From contig JBLWTJ010000002.1 in NCBI GenBank assembly GCA_048270185.1, positions 32,001 to 96,000 on the forward strand: 64,000 nucleotides of DNA. Reading direction: 5' to 3'. The position numbers and the translations under genes were made by a program. The DNA is from Bacteriovoracaceae bacterium (lineage in GTDB: Bacteria > Bdellovibrionota > Bacteriovoracia > Bacteriovoracales > Bacteriovoracaceae). The notes below the pieces were generated by a model that had not been told where the DNA came from, did not search any database, and worked only from the letters and a program-made list of their open reading frames with translations. Below are positions 55,592-64,000 of this stretch, piece after piece (positions within the stretch are counted from its first letter, which is position 1; each line of letters opens with the position of its first letter).

Positions 55592-58500
55592 TTACTCCAT
55601 ATAGGTTTTTAAATATTCATCTGTTTTTCCAACAGTAAAATATAAATTAAGAGCTGTTATTTCATTTAAATAGTTTAGAGCTATAACTTGTAATGAACTT
55701 CGATCAAAGGTCTCTTGTAGCTTTACATAGTCTAATGTCGTAATCCTTCCGTTTTTAAACCTTTTATTTTCAGCTTTCAAAATACTAAGCTGCTGCTTTT
55801 TCATTTTTTCAAGGAATACGATCTGTTCTTTATTGGACTTTACTTTTTCTTTTAAAGTCTTAACTCCCTTAACAAGCTGAAGCTTTGTTTTATCTCTCCT
55901 ATAGTCGGCTTGCCTCTTACGACTCATCGCTGTCGCTTTAGCAGAATCGTTTTTCTTGGTTCCTAAGTCAAAGTCCCAAGTGATACCAGCAAACACCTCA
56001 TACTTATCTTGTGTGTTTTCACTAATTGAGTTGCTGAGGTCATCACCACGTCCAAAGCTCTTTAAAGACACAAAGAAATCGACATTTGATTTAGATTTTT
56101 CATTTTCAACTAAAACTAACTCATTAAAAAGTTCACTATTGTTTTGCATTTGTTTAAATGTAAGACCTGATTCTACTAAATTAAGTTCAGAATTATTGTT
56201 GCTGTTTAGAAGTGAACTTGATGCTTTCATTTTATCATTTTCGATTAGAACAGAAGATTCTAATTCTAAAACACTTTCTAAGCTTAATTTTTCCGTTCTT
56301 ATCCTTGACTCTAAATCTTTTAAAATTTTCTCACGACTGGTAATTTCAACCTCAGAGGTCAAGAACTCGGCTCTGCTAATAATTCCTGATTTCTTTTTCG
56401 TTACGTTTAACTTATGTAGTTCTTTAAATCTAGCAAGTGAGTTCTGAGCAATAATTCGCTCTTCTTCTAACTTAACAATAGACCAATAATACTTTACGGC
56501 TTCTATAATTAGCTTGTCTTTTAAAGACTTACTTTGAAGATTTTGAGTTTCCTTTTTTAAAACTGCAGCGTTTTTGTTTAAGTGATACTCCTGACTACCA
56601 AAATTTCGCCAAAGAGGAACTGCAAGAGTGGCCTTATATACACTATCCATAGCATCAAGACTAAATTGATTATTTGTCGGTACAGTTCCAAGCTCTTTAT
56701 CCTCAAACCCAACACCCAATCCAAGCTGAACACCAAATGAAGTCATTTTTTCATAATCAATACTAAGCCCGTATCCCTCTCTTTCTGAATCAAGAGAAAT
56801 TGGTGGGTTGGGATAGTTCACTGAGGAATACTTGAAAAGTTTTGATTTTAGTTTTGAATCAAGCATTCCATCAACAGCGTCAATGTCAAATTCTGACTGA
56901 CTCACAGACTCATTTTGAATTTTAAATTCATTGGTGTTTTCGACAAGCTCTACAATCCTTTTAATATTTATTTTTTCTTCAGCTTTAACATCTTGCGTAT
57001 GGAAACCGATTAATAAAGGAATTAATAAAACTGATAAATGTGCTGCCTTTTTGTTACCTTTAAATTTTTTTATAAAGTTCCCTATGTCATTACCAATAAC
57101 ATACATATTTGGCATAAAAATAAGAACGACTGTTGTTCCAAACAAAAGTCCATACAATATCGCCAATGATAGTGGAGACAACAGAGGATCATAACCTCCA
57201 ATAGCGTAGCCCGTTGGGGCCACCGCGAGAATTGTGCTTACTGTAGTCAGAGAAATTGGACGAAGCCGTTCTTTGGCTCCTTGAATAAGAATCTCCTTGG
57301 AGAACTTACCATTTTCTTTGAGAAGTTGACTTATGTGGTCTACGAGAACAATTGAATCATTAACCACAATTCCTGAAAGTCCAATTAGTCCGATTCCTGC
57401 AAACATTGAAATAGGTAAACCATGAGCAAAAAAGGATAAAAATATTCCAACGACTCCAAAAGGGATTACAGTCAAAATCAAAAAGGGTTTTGCATAAGAA
57501 TCAAACATCAAGCTCAAGATAAAATAGATTCCAACAATCGCAAGTAACGCTGCAATTTTTAGTCCTGAGAATATTTTTTCTTCTTCTACTGGTCGACCAC
57601 TTATTGTGTATTTTACGTTTTTATCCTTAACAAATTTTTCATTGAATTGCCCAAGCATTTCAACTGCTGTAATTTTCTGAGTATTTATATTTCCTGTAAT
57701 AGATGTTGAACGCTGACCATTAAAGTGCTTTATTTCTGCAAAGGATGGTCTTTGCTCATACTCAATCATTGTATTTAGCTTTATAAGCTGACCACGTTTA
57801 TTTGCTATTGGAAGGTTAGAAACAAAATCAAAATCACCCCTCGATTTTTTATTCAACCTTAATCGAAAATCATAAGTATTATTAATTGACGAATAATCTG
57901 TAACAACTTGGCCATCAAAAGCAATTCTTAAAGTTCTGATAATATCTGCTGGTGTTAAGCCTGCTTGTGCAACTTTTTTATAATTAAGTCTTAGGTTAAT
58001 TTCGTCTTTTCCTTCTATTTGATCGTCTTTCACATCTGAAAGCCCCTCAATTGTCTTTAGAAAGTTGGCAACTTTTAAAGATGAGCTTGCACGATTTTCA
58101 TTATTATTAGAAGAAACGATAATTTCAAATGGCTCACCAAGTGGGGGGCCAATTCTCATCAGATCGAATTCTAAATCATATCCTTTTTCTGTATAAAGTT
58201 TATAATGCCTATCTCGAAGCTCATTTACAATTTCTTGAGCCGTTCTGTTTCGTTCACTATATGGTGTTAAATAAACCATAAAGGCGACTAAATTTTCTTC
58301 GGTTCCCAAGTTTGTGAGAGAACTCAAACTGTGTGTACCAATTCTAGTCGTATAGCCTACAAGTTCGCTCTTTTTTAGATTTTGGATACTCTTTTCTAAT
58401 CCGCTGATTATTTCTTCAACTTTTTCAGGTGCATATCCTTTTTTAAGGATCGCTTTTATTGTAAACCCTTCTGAGGCCTCTTGAGGAAATGAGTCTTTTC

Positions 58501-60118
58501 TAACTTTGGTAGCTCCGATAAATACGCTAAAGCCAAGTATTAAAAGAAAGCCAAGCATCACAAAGTAACGAAAATCAATGAGCCTGCGAAGCATTTTTTC
58601 ATAGAGGTTTTCCCAGATTATAACAACCTTGCTTTTTTGGTATTGTCCTCGTTTACTAGCTCCGTGTGCTAAGTGAGCAGGGAGTAATAAATAGCAATCT
58701 ATTAAGGAAACAAATAGGGCCATCATAACAACCGTTGGCATTTGCCATATGAACTTCCCCGGAAGCCCACCAAGAGACAAAAGAGGCATGAATGCTGTAA
58801 TGGTCGTTAGTGAAGCTGCTAAAACTGGTCGCCAAAGCCTTCCAACAGCATTACTGGCCGCTTCCTCTGGGGATTGCCCATCTTCGATATTTACATCAAA
58901 TCTTTCACTTATCACCATAGCATCATCAACAATCATCCCAAGAACGATTACAAATGCCCCCATTGAAACTGAGTTTAGAGTCATTCCCATAGGAACAAAC
59001 ATAATCATGCTTCCAAAGACCGTGAAAGGAATTCCAAAAGCAGTCCAAAAGGCTGGCTTTCCACCAAGAAAGTAAAAAAGTAGTATTAAAACTAGAGTAA
59101 ACCCTATCAAGCCATTATTTTTAAGAAGTGAAAATTTACTTCTAGCATTATCAGAAACATCATTATTTAGCTTATAAGATACTCCATCGGGGAGTTCTTT
59201 ATTTTGTAAAAACTCTTTAATTTTATCAGAGACTTTCAATTGATCTACGCCGCTTCTGATGGCCACTAATATTGAAGCTCCGCGATTTCCATTGTTACGA
59301 ACAATGAGTTTTTCATCTTTTGGTCTATAGTTGATTTCAGCAACATCACTTAAATAAACACCTTGCCCGTCGGGAGACATTCTAATTACAGTATTTAAAA
59401 CATCTTCTGCTTTTTCGTATTTATTGAAAGAAACAATCTTTTTTTGAGACAAAAAAGATTCCAATGTTCCACCAGTTCCTACTTGATTTCTAGTATTGAT
59501 GGCAAAATATATTGAATTGAGATCAATTTCTTTTTCTTGGGCCTTCTGCGCATCTACTTCAATATGAATTTCTTCATCGGGCAGTCCAACCAAAGTAACA
59601 TTTGAGACACCTGATACTTTACGAAGATCATTTTCTATTTCATGTAAGGCATTTTTTAAGTGGTTATAATCTCCAGCAAAGGCAATCTCCATTATTGGGC
59701 GATCTTCTGTAGTGACACTGGTAATAATGGGTTGTCCTTCAATATCTGACGGAAAATCATCAATTTTGTCTACTTCAGTTTGTATGTCTGACAAAAGGTC
59801 TTTAAATTGAAGCTCGTTGAGATTATCGTCTGCGAATATTGTTACCCTCGAAACGCTTTCAATTGAACTTGAACGATATTCTTTAATATTTCCAATTTCA
59901 GCAATCTTCTCCTCTAACTTCGCTGTGACATTCAATTCAACATCTTTTGCCGATGCTCCCGGGTACTTAGTCACAATAACAACCTGGTTCATTGAAACCC
60001 CAGGAAAAGCTTCTTTAGGAACTTTGTATATAAAGTAACCACCAATAATAAAATTGAGTGCCAGAATAAAGTTCACCAATATTGGTCTTTTTATAAAATA
60101 AAGGGTTAAATTTTTCAT
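55592..60118 (-). CDS. RND permease fused to a C-terminal TolC-like domain
   Basis: About 1010-aa AcrB-like part (LGMIVDDA, SGIVVND, RLRPISLTT), then a signal-peptide-like linker and a ~460-aa OEP-like domain (VPLWRNFG, RFKNGRIT). Confidence 0.85.
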   Translation of the reverse strand: MKNLTLYFIKRPILVNFILALNFIIGGYFIYKVPKEAFPGVSMNQVVIVTKYPGASAKDVELNVTAKLEEKIAEIGNIKEYRSSSIESVSRVTIFADDNLNELQFKDLLSDIQTEVDKIDDFPSDIEGQPIITSVTTEDRPIMEIAFAGDYNHLKNALHEIENDLRKVSGVSNVTLVGLPDEEIHIEVDAQKAQEKEIDLNSIYFAINTRNQVGTGGTLESFLSQKKIVSFNKYEKAEDVLNTVIRMSPDGQGVYLSDVAEINYRPKDEKLIVRNNGNRGASILVAIRSGVDQLKVSDKIKEFLQNKELPDGVSYKLNNDVSDNARSKFSLLKNNGLIGFTLVLILLFYFLGGKPAFWTAFGIPFTVFGSMIMFVPMGMTLNSVSMGAFVIVLGMIVDDAMVISERFDVNIEDGQSPEEAASNAVGRLWRPVLAASLTTITAFMPLLSLGGLPGKFIWQMPTVVMMALFVSLIDCYLLLPAHLAHGASKRGQYQKSKVVIIWENLYEKMLRRLIDFRYFVMLGFLLILGFSVFIGATKVRKDSFPQEASEGFTIKAILKKGYAPEKVEEIISGLEKSIQNLKKSELVGYTTRIGTHSLSSLTNLGTEENLVAFMVYLTPYSERNRTAQEIVNELRDRHYKLYTEKGYDLEFDLMRIGPPLGEPFEIIVSSNNNENRASSSLKVANFLKTIEGLSDVKDDQIEGKDEINLRLNYKKVAQAGLTPADIIRTLRIAFDGQVVTDYSSINNTYDFRLRLNKKSRGDFDFVSNLPIANKRGQLIKLNTMIEYEQRPSFAEIKHFNGQRSTSITGNINTQKITAVEMLGQFNEKFVKDKNVKYTISGRPVEEEKIFSGLKIAALLAIVGIYFILSLMFDSYAKPFLILTVIPFGVVGIFLSFFAHGLPISMFAGIGLIGLSGIVVNDSIVLVDHISQLLKENGKFSKEILIQGAKERLRPISLTTVSTILAVAPTGYAIGGYDPLLSPLSLAILYGLLFGTTVVLIFMPNMYVIGNDIGNFIKKFKGNKKAAHLSVLLIPLLIGFHTQDVKAEEKINIKRIVELVENTNEFKIQNESVSQSEFDIDAVDGMLDSKLKSKLFKYSSVNYPNPPISLDSEREGYGLSIDYEKMTSFGVQLGLGVGFEDKELGTVPTNNQFSLDAMDSVYKATLAVPLWRNFGSQEYHLNKNAAVLKKETQNLQSKSLKDKLIIEAVKYYWSIVKLEEERIIAQNSLARFKELHKLNVTKKKSGIISRAEFLTSEVEITSREKILKDLESRIRTEKLSLESVLELESSVLIENDKMKASSSLLNSNNNSELNLVESGLTFKQMQNNSELFNELVLVENEKSKSNVDFFVSLKSFGRGDDLSNSISENTQDKYEVFAGITWDFDLGTKKNDSAKATAMSRKRQADYRRDKTKLQLVKGVKTLKEKVKSNKEQIVFLEKMKKQQLSILKAENKRFKNGRITTLDYVKLQETFDRSSLQVIALNYLNEITALNLYFTVGKTDEYLKTYME

Positions 60119-60747
60119 TAATCCACCTTCTTAATTCCTTGAATCACAATCTTCACTCTTTGCTCTATGGCCTCGTCTGTCGTAAGTTTTTTAGTTATTG
60201 CTTTCAGTCCGACATCGAAGACTTTATTTACTCCCAATTGGCCTAGGACTTCAGGTATTAAATTAGAAAGACCAATACTTCCTGCAATCTGCGTTAGAAT
60301 TAAAGGAATGGGAGCATCAATGATTTCACCTGATTTCTGGCAAGACCTTAGAGTTTTTACCAGAATCATAAAGTGCTTTCTCATCTTAGATTTAGCGAAC
60401 TTTTGAACGGCCTTTTCACCATTCAAAATATCATTGAGTAAAACTAGAATCAGGTGTCTGTTATCCCGAGCAAACTTGCCCATTAATGTCAATTGAAGCT
60501 CTAGGGTGCTAAGCTTTGATTCAGCTTCGACTAGCTCAAAGTCGGCTAAAAAGCTTTCGTATATATCCATTAGGATTTTTTCAATAAACTTATCTTTACT
60601 ACCAAAATGGTAGTTAAACATTCCAAGGTTAACCCCGGCCTTATCGCAGACTTCACGGACGCTAAAATTAGATGCTCCCTTTTTAATTAAGAGCTTACGT
60701 CCTTGGTCAAAAAGTTTTTTATCCGTATGGGTAGATTTTCTAGACAT
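60118..60747 (-). CDS. TetR/AcrR-family transcriptional regulator
   Basis: FSVREVCDKAGVNLGMFNYHFGSKD. Confidence 0.95.
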   Translation of the reverse strand: MSRKSTHTDKKLFDQGRKLLIKKGASNFSVREVCDKAGVNLGMFNYHFGSKDKFIEKILMDIYESFLADFELVEAESKLSTLELQLTLMGKFARDNRHLILVLLNDILNGEKAVQKFAKSKMRKHFMILVKTLRSCQKSGEIIDAPIPLILTQIAGSIGLSNLIPEVLGQLGVNKVFDVGLKAITKKLTTDEAIEQRVKIVIQGIKKVD

Positions 60748-60769
60748 CTATTTTCCTCATTGACTTTAT

Positions 60770-60799
60770 TACACACTTGTATAATTATACGACCGTATA
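60770..60799. promoter_or_regulatory. Tandem putative TetR operators (TAYAC-N4-GTATA, two copies)
   Basis: TACACACTTGTATA at 60770-60783 and TATACGACCGTATA at 60786-60799, in the divergent tetR/cytochrome gap. Confidence 0.6.
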
Positions 60800-60832
60800 G
60801 TAACTAATGCAATAATAAAAACTGGAGATGAT

Positions 60833-61246
60833 ATGAAACGTGCCACTTTACCCACATTACTGATATTACTTACTTTTTCAGCATTTTCTGCTGACAAGAT
60901 ACCTACTCTTAAAAGTGTTATGCAGGGCCTTGGAGATTCAATGGATGAGCTTAATCGAGGAATTTTTTATGAAGATTTCAAAGTCATAGAAAAAGCAGCA
61001 TTTAAAGTGGCCAATCACCCAAAGCCAAAAACTCAACTTCCTACAGTTATAAAAACTCTCAATATTAGAATGCCCAAGTTTAAAGCTTTTGATTCTAAGG
61101 TTCATGATTCAGCAATGGAAATTGTAGAATTCGCAAAGAAAAGAGATATGGACAATATTCTTAAGAAACATAAAGTAATTATGAACAACTGCGTTGCTTG
61201 CCATACTCAATTTAGAAGTGAAATTTCAAAAGCATTAGCTGAGTAG
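60833..61246 (+). CDS. Class II cytochrome c (cytochrome c'-like)
   Basis: Signal peptide, helical character, C-terminal CVACHTQFR heme motif. Confidence 0.85.
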   Translation: MKRATLPTLLILLTFSAFSADKIPTLKSVMQGLGDSMDELNRGIFYEDFKVIEKAAFKVANHPKPKTQLPTVIKTLNIRMPKFKAFDSKVHDSAMEIVEFAKKRDMDNILKKHKVIMNNCVACHTQFRSEISKALAE

Positions 61247-61460
61247 AAAGCTCTAAATATGAATTACACAAGGTAATACAATATATTAGGTCACATAAAA
61301 TTTATTCAATTTTAAACTTAAATATGCTAATATAAAGAGATGAGTTTTATAATCTTAAAACACATTCTACACCGAAATACAGCTTCACTTGTTCAAGTGG
61401 TTAAATAGCTGCTTTTAACCTAAACTCACATAAATAATTATTTAAAAATGGAGGTAATCA

Positions 61461-61862
61461 GTGGAAACTGATAGAATTTTAATAACAGAAAAAGACTATT
61501 TAAGACTTACAAATTTAATGGGAAGTAATACAAATCACAATTTTGAAGATTTAGAGATCGAGTTAGATCGAGCTTCTATAATTTCAGATCATGAAGTCCC
61601 TAACGATCTTGTAACTATGAATTCAAAAGTTAAGTTTTTAGATTTAAAAACTAATAAAGATTCAATTATTACTATTGTATATCCACAAGATGCTAATACA
61701 AATGAAGCTAAGATTTCAATTTTTGCTCCTTTGGGCTCTGCTCTAATTGGTTTAAAGAAAAATCAAAAAATAAACTGGAAGTTTCCTAATGGCAAAACAA
61801 AGTCTCTAAAGGTTGTAGAAATACTTTATCAGCCAGAGGCTGCAAAGGATTGGCACCTCTAA
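61461..61862 (+). CDS. rnk: Nucleoside diphosphate kinase regulator Rnk (GreA/GreB family)
   Basis: ITEKDYLRL, ELDRA, VTMNSKV, ISIFAPLGSALIGL and ILYQPEA. Confidence 0.9.
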   Translation: METDRILITEKDYLRLTNLMGSNTNHNFEDLEIELDRASIISDHEVPNDLVTMNSKVKFLDLKTNKDSIITIVYPQDANTNEAKISIFAPLGSALIGLKKNQKINWKFPNGKTKSLKVVEILYQPEAAKDWHL

Positions 61863-61872
61863 GAGGTTATAA

Positions 61873-62184
61873 ATGTCTATTAAGTTTAAAGCTATAATAT
61901 TGGCATTACTAATCGCTGTATCGAGCGGTAGTATATATTTCTATCTTGATAAACAAGTAGTCGAAATTGGTTGGGTCTATGGACAACTTCTCGATTCAAG
62001 TGACTCAAACTCTATTAATCTAGATGTTTCAGGAAAAGAGTACCATTTTATAAATAAAAATACTCCAAACAAAAAAGAACTAAGTAGCTTGTCTCGTGAG
62101 TTCATTAAAGTGCATTACCAAAAGAAGTTTTTTGATAAACTTCCTAAATCAACATTTTATTTAATATCTTGGGAGAAAATATAG
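61873..62184 (+). CDS. Hypothetical membrane-anchored protein
   Basis: N-terminal TM helix; GAGG SD. Confidence 0.6.
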   Translation: MSIKFKAIILALLIAVSSGSIYFYLDKQVVEIGWVYGQLLDSSDSNSINLDVSGKEYHFINKNTPNKKELSSLSREFIKVHYQKKFFDKLPKSTFYLISWEKI

Positions 62185-62186
62185 TC

Positions 62187-63350
62187 TTAATATGGTTTGC
62201 CGTCAGGCCTTTGAGTCGTTAGAGTTTTAAAGTACTTAATTATGAATATTCCAAAACCAAGCGTCCAAAGTCCACTAGCAAAATGTAAACTTCTTACGTA
62301 AATATCAGGGAAGAAAACAGGAACAAATACTCTTATTAAGCTACCCACAACTATTGCTGAGTATGATAAACAAGTCCAGAAATCTGCTCTAATTTTCCTA
62401 CCAGTATGCCCCAAACTAACTCTTGTCATTATCCCAATTCCCACAACTCCTAATCCTCCTGCCATTAGTAGATGTAGTGCCGCTTGTGTATAATGAACTT
62501 GGTCATTAAATAAACCTATCAACTCCATCAATAACTCAATATTTATTAGTGCTATTCCTATGTGTAACACATAAAGAATAGGAACTTTAAAAGTTACCCA
62601 AGGTTTCCACAAAGCCTGTCTCGAAACATTAGCTATAAGTGCTAAAGTTAATATTGCTCCAAGTACGAATCTTGGCACAGCTTCAGGCCAAGGAATAGCA
62701 ATTAATGCGACAGGAATTAAACTTAAAGGATTAATCCAATTCGGAAGATTTATGTCTATTCCCTTTATCTTCTTTCTAGTAAAAAATGGGATAACTCTGC
62801 CAGCGATCAAAAGAATGATAAATCGAATTAGACCAATTGCGATTTCTCTTCCTGAATTTTCAAGATAGTCCACAGAGTAAAGATAACCCCAACTATGGAG
62901 AACCTTAGCTACAGTTATCCCAAGTATTATTGGTATAAATATATTTCTCTGTTTTGGAAAATTCCTCAATTTTTTAAATAGCATTAAAGTTAAAATAGGG
63001 AAAAATAAATTCATTGCCAAAAGCTGAAGATGTTCACCATTAAAGATAAAGTATGAAAATCTTTCCACTAACCAGACCGTGATCAACAATAAAAGGCTAT
63101 TTCCTTGATATGGAGTAGAATTAGTCCAATTAGCACTAGCTGTTAAAATAAATCCTGCAATCAAAGCTCCTGTAAAGCCAAAAATCATTTCATGCCCATG
63201 CCAAAAAAGTGGATCAACAACTACGAGCGGAATTGACATTTTACCTAAATAATTAAGAATCCAAATGCTTGGATTAATAATCGCAATTAATGCTGCAAGA
63301 ATAAAAAATGGCCTGAAACTTATAGATAGTATTGGATTATTTTTTATCAA
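62187..63350 (-). CDS. nnrS: NnrS-family membrane protein
   Basis: FRPFF, WHGHEMIFGF, GFILTA..NWT, GRVIPFFT, RVSLGHTGR and RPDGKP. Confidence 0.95.
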   Translation of the reverse strand: MIKNNPILSISFRPFFILAALIAIINPSIWILNYLGKMSIPLVVVDPLFWHGHEMIFGFTGALIAGFILTASANWTNSTPYQGNSLLLLITVWLVERFSYFIFNGEHLQLLAMNLFFPILTLMLFKKLRNFPKQRNIFIPIILGITVAKVLHSWGYLYSVDYLENSGREIAIGLIRFIILLIAGRVIPFFTRKKIKGIDINLPNWINPLSLIPVALIAIPWPEAVPRFVLGAILTLALIANVSRQALWKPWVTFKVPILYVLHIGIALINIELLMELIGLFNDQVHYTQAALHLLMAGGLGVVGIGIMTRVSLGHTGRKIRADFWTCLSYSAIVVGSLIRVFVPVFFPDIYVRSLHFASGLWTLGFGIFIIKYFKTLTTQRPDGKPY

Positions 63351-63374
63351 AGTAGTGTTCCTTTTACTCTTTAG

Positions 63375-63908
63375 TTAACTACAGCTTCCACAACAACCAT
63401 CAACTTCACTTAAAGCTTTAGGAAATAAGATATTATTTTCTGTTCCAATATGTTCCATTAGTTCACGCTCTAGAGTTTGCGCTCCTTGGTATAGTGCATT
63501 CCAACTTCCACATGCATCATCTGGAATCTCAAAGTTGTGTGCCAATTTTCGTAATTCAAGCAGATTCTCTCCATGACTCACATGTTCATGGGTCATTACA
63601 GAAATCGGCCCTTGCGCCATTGAACCTTGACCTGATTTTATCATAGGGAAAAGTATTTTTTCTTCTTTTTGCATATGAGATTCAAGCTCAAATTGCAATT
63701 TCATTAAAAAATCTGAAAGTCCAGTTGGACACTCTGGTTTATCAGAGTGTACCGACTCAACTTTTTTAGCAAGAGGAATCAAATACTCTAAGTCCTCTCT
63801 GTGCTTTTTATGAAACTTTTCTAAAATTTCATCGACAAGAGTTCCAAGAGGCATTTTATCCCACAAAAGGCTATCACTATCCTTTGAGTTATTTCTTCCC
63901 AAGCTCAT
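63375..63908 (-). CDS. Hemerythrin-domain Fe-S cluster repair protein (Ric/YtfE-like, lacking the ScdA_N domain)
   Basis: FHKKHRE, HMQKEEKILFP, EH..HG, ACGSW..LY and HIGTENNILFP. Confidence 0.88.
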   Translation of the reverse strand: MSLGRNNSKDSDSLLWDKMPLGTLVDEILEKFHKKHREDLEYLIPLAKKVESVHSDKPECPTGLSDFLMKLQFELESHMQKEEKILFPMIKSGQGSMAQGPISVMTHEHVSHGENLLELRKLAHNFEIPDDACGSWNALYQGAQTLERELMEHIGTENNILFPKALSEVDGCCGSCS

Positions 63909-64000
63909 AAGGTTCTCCTTTTTTCTTTTAATTTTCAACCACCAACTCACCTTCAAATTCCGATTCGTCTGACTTTAATTTGTATAGACCCGTTTTATCT

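Noticed and set aside
1960..60406. Many 60-170 aa ORFs antisense to or nested in long genes (for example 1960-2184, 27273-27584, 30900-31373, 39065-39565, 55956-56447)
   Set aside because: They lie wholly within well-supported genes on another frame or strand and show no motifs; treated as shadow ORFs.

Overview
AT-rich bacterial chromosome segment. Gene content and style suggest a predatory Bdellovibrionota, Halobacteriovorax/Bacteriovorax-like organism (inference, no search run). From left to right: (i) marR-tolC-acrB efflux operon with no adaptor, an M14 peptidase, an RRM-carD-methyltransferase operon, a HAD phosphatase and an OPT transporter (1-12 kb); (ii) large exported repeat proteins, including a 2615-aa GLUG/Ig/FN3/LamG lipoprotein (12-23 kb); (iii) methyltransferase-csp plus a DEAD-box helicase (23.5-25.7 kb); (iv) a heavy-metal cluster (czcCBA-like, HupE/UreJ, DUF3347) whose two operons each start with a His-rich RPP-ending leader ORF (27-36.4 kb); (v) a defence/DNA-processing island (36.5-54.9 kb): WYL regulator, PcfJ, GIY-YIG, HEPN-motif protein, NERD-helicase, UDG-family enzyme, DUF2779, PD-(D/E)XK, SBD-HNH, CoiA and a recombinase-domain remnant; (vi) a nitrosative-stress-type cluster with a TetR-linked RND-TolC fusion, cytochrome c', rnk, nnrS and a Ric-like hemerythrin (55-64 kb). 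Main signal read from the DNA: a 17-bp GTCTC-N7-GAGAC-type palindrome placed exactly 10 nt upstream of a -10 box at three island promoters. It defines a candidate WYL-activated regulon that includes an uncharacterised five-gene envelope/RNase operon. Other signals: many apparently leaderless genes (sigma70- and sigma28-type), C-terminal -AA degron-like tails confined to island proteins, and two paralogous methyltransferases each coupled to an RNA chaperone. No rRNA, complete tRNA, CRISPR array or transposase was recognised.
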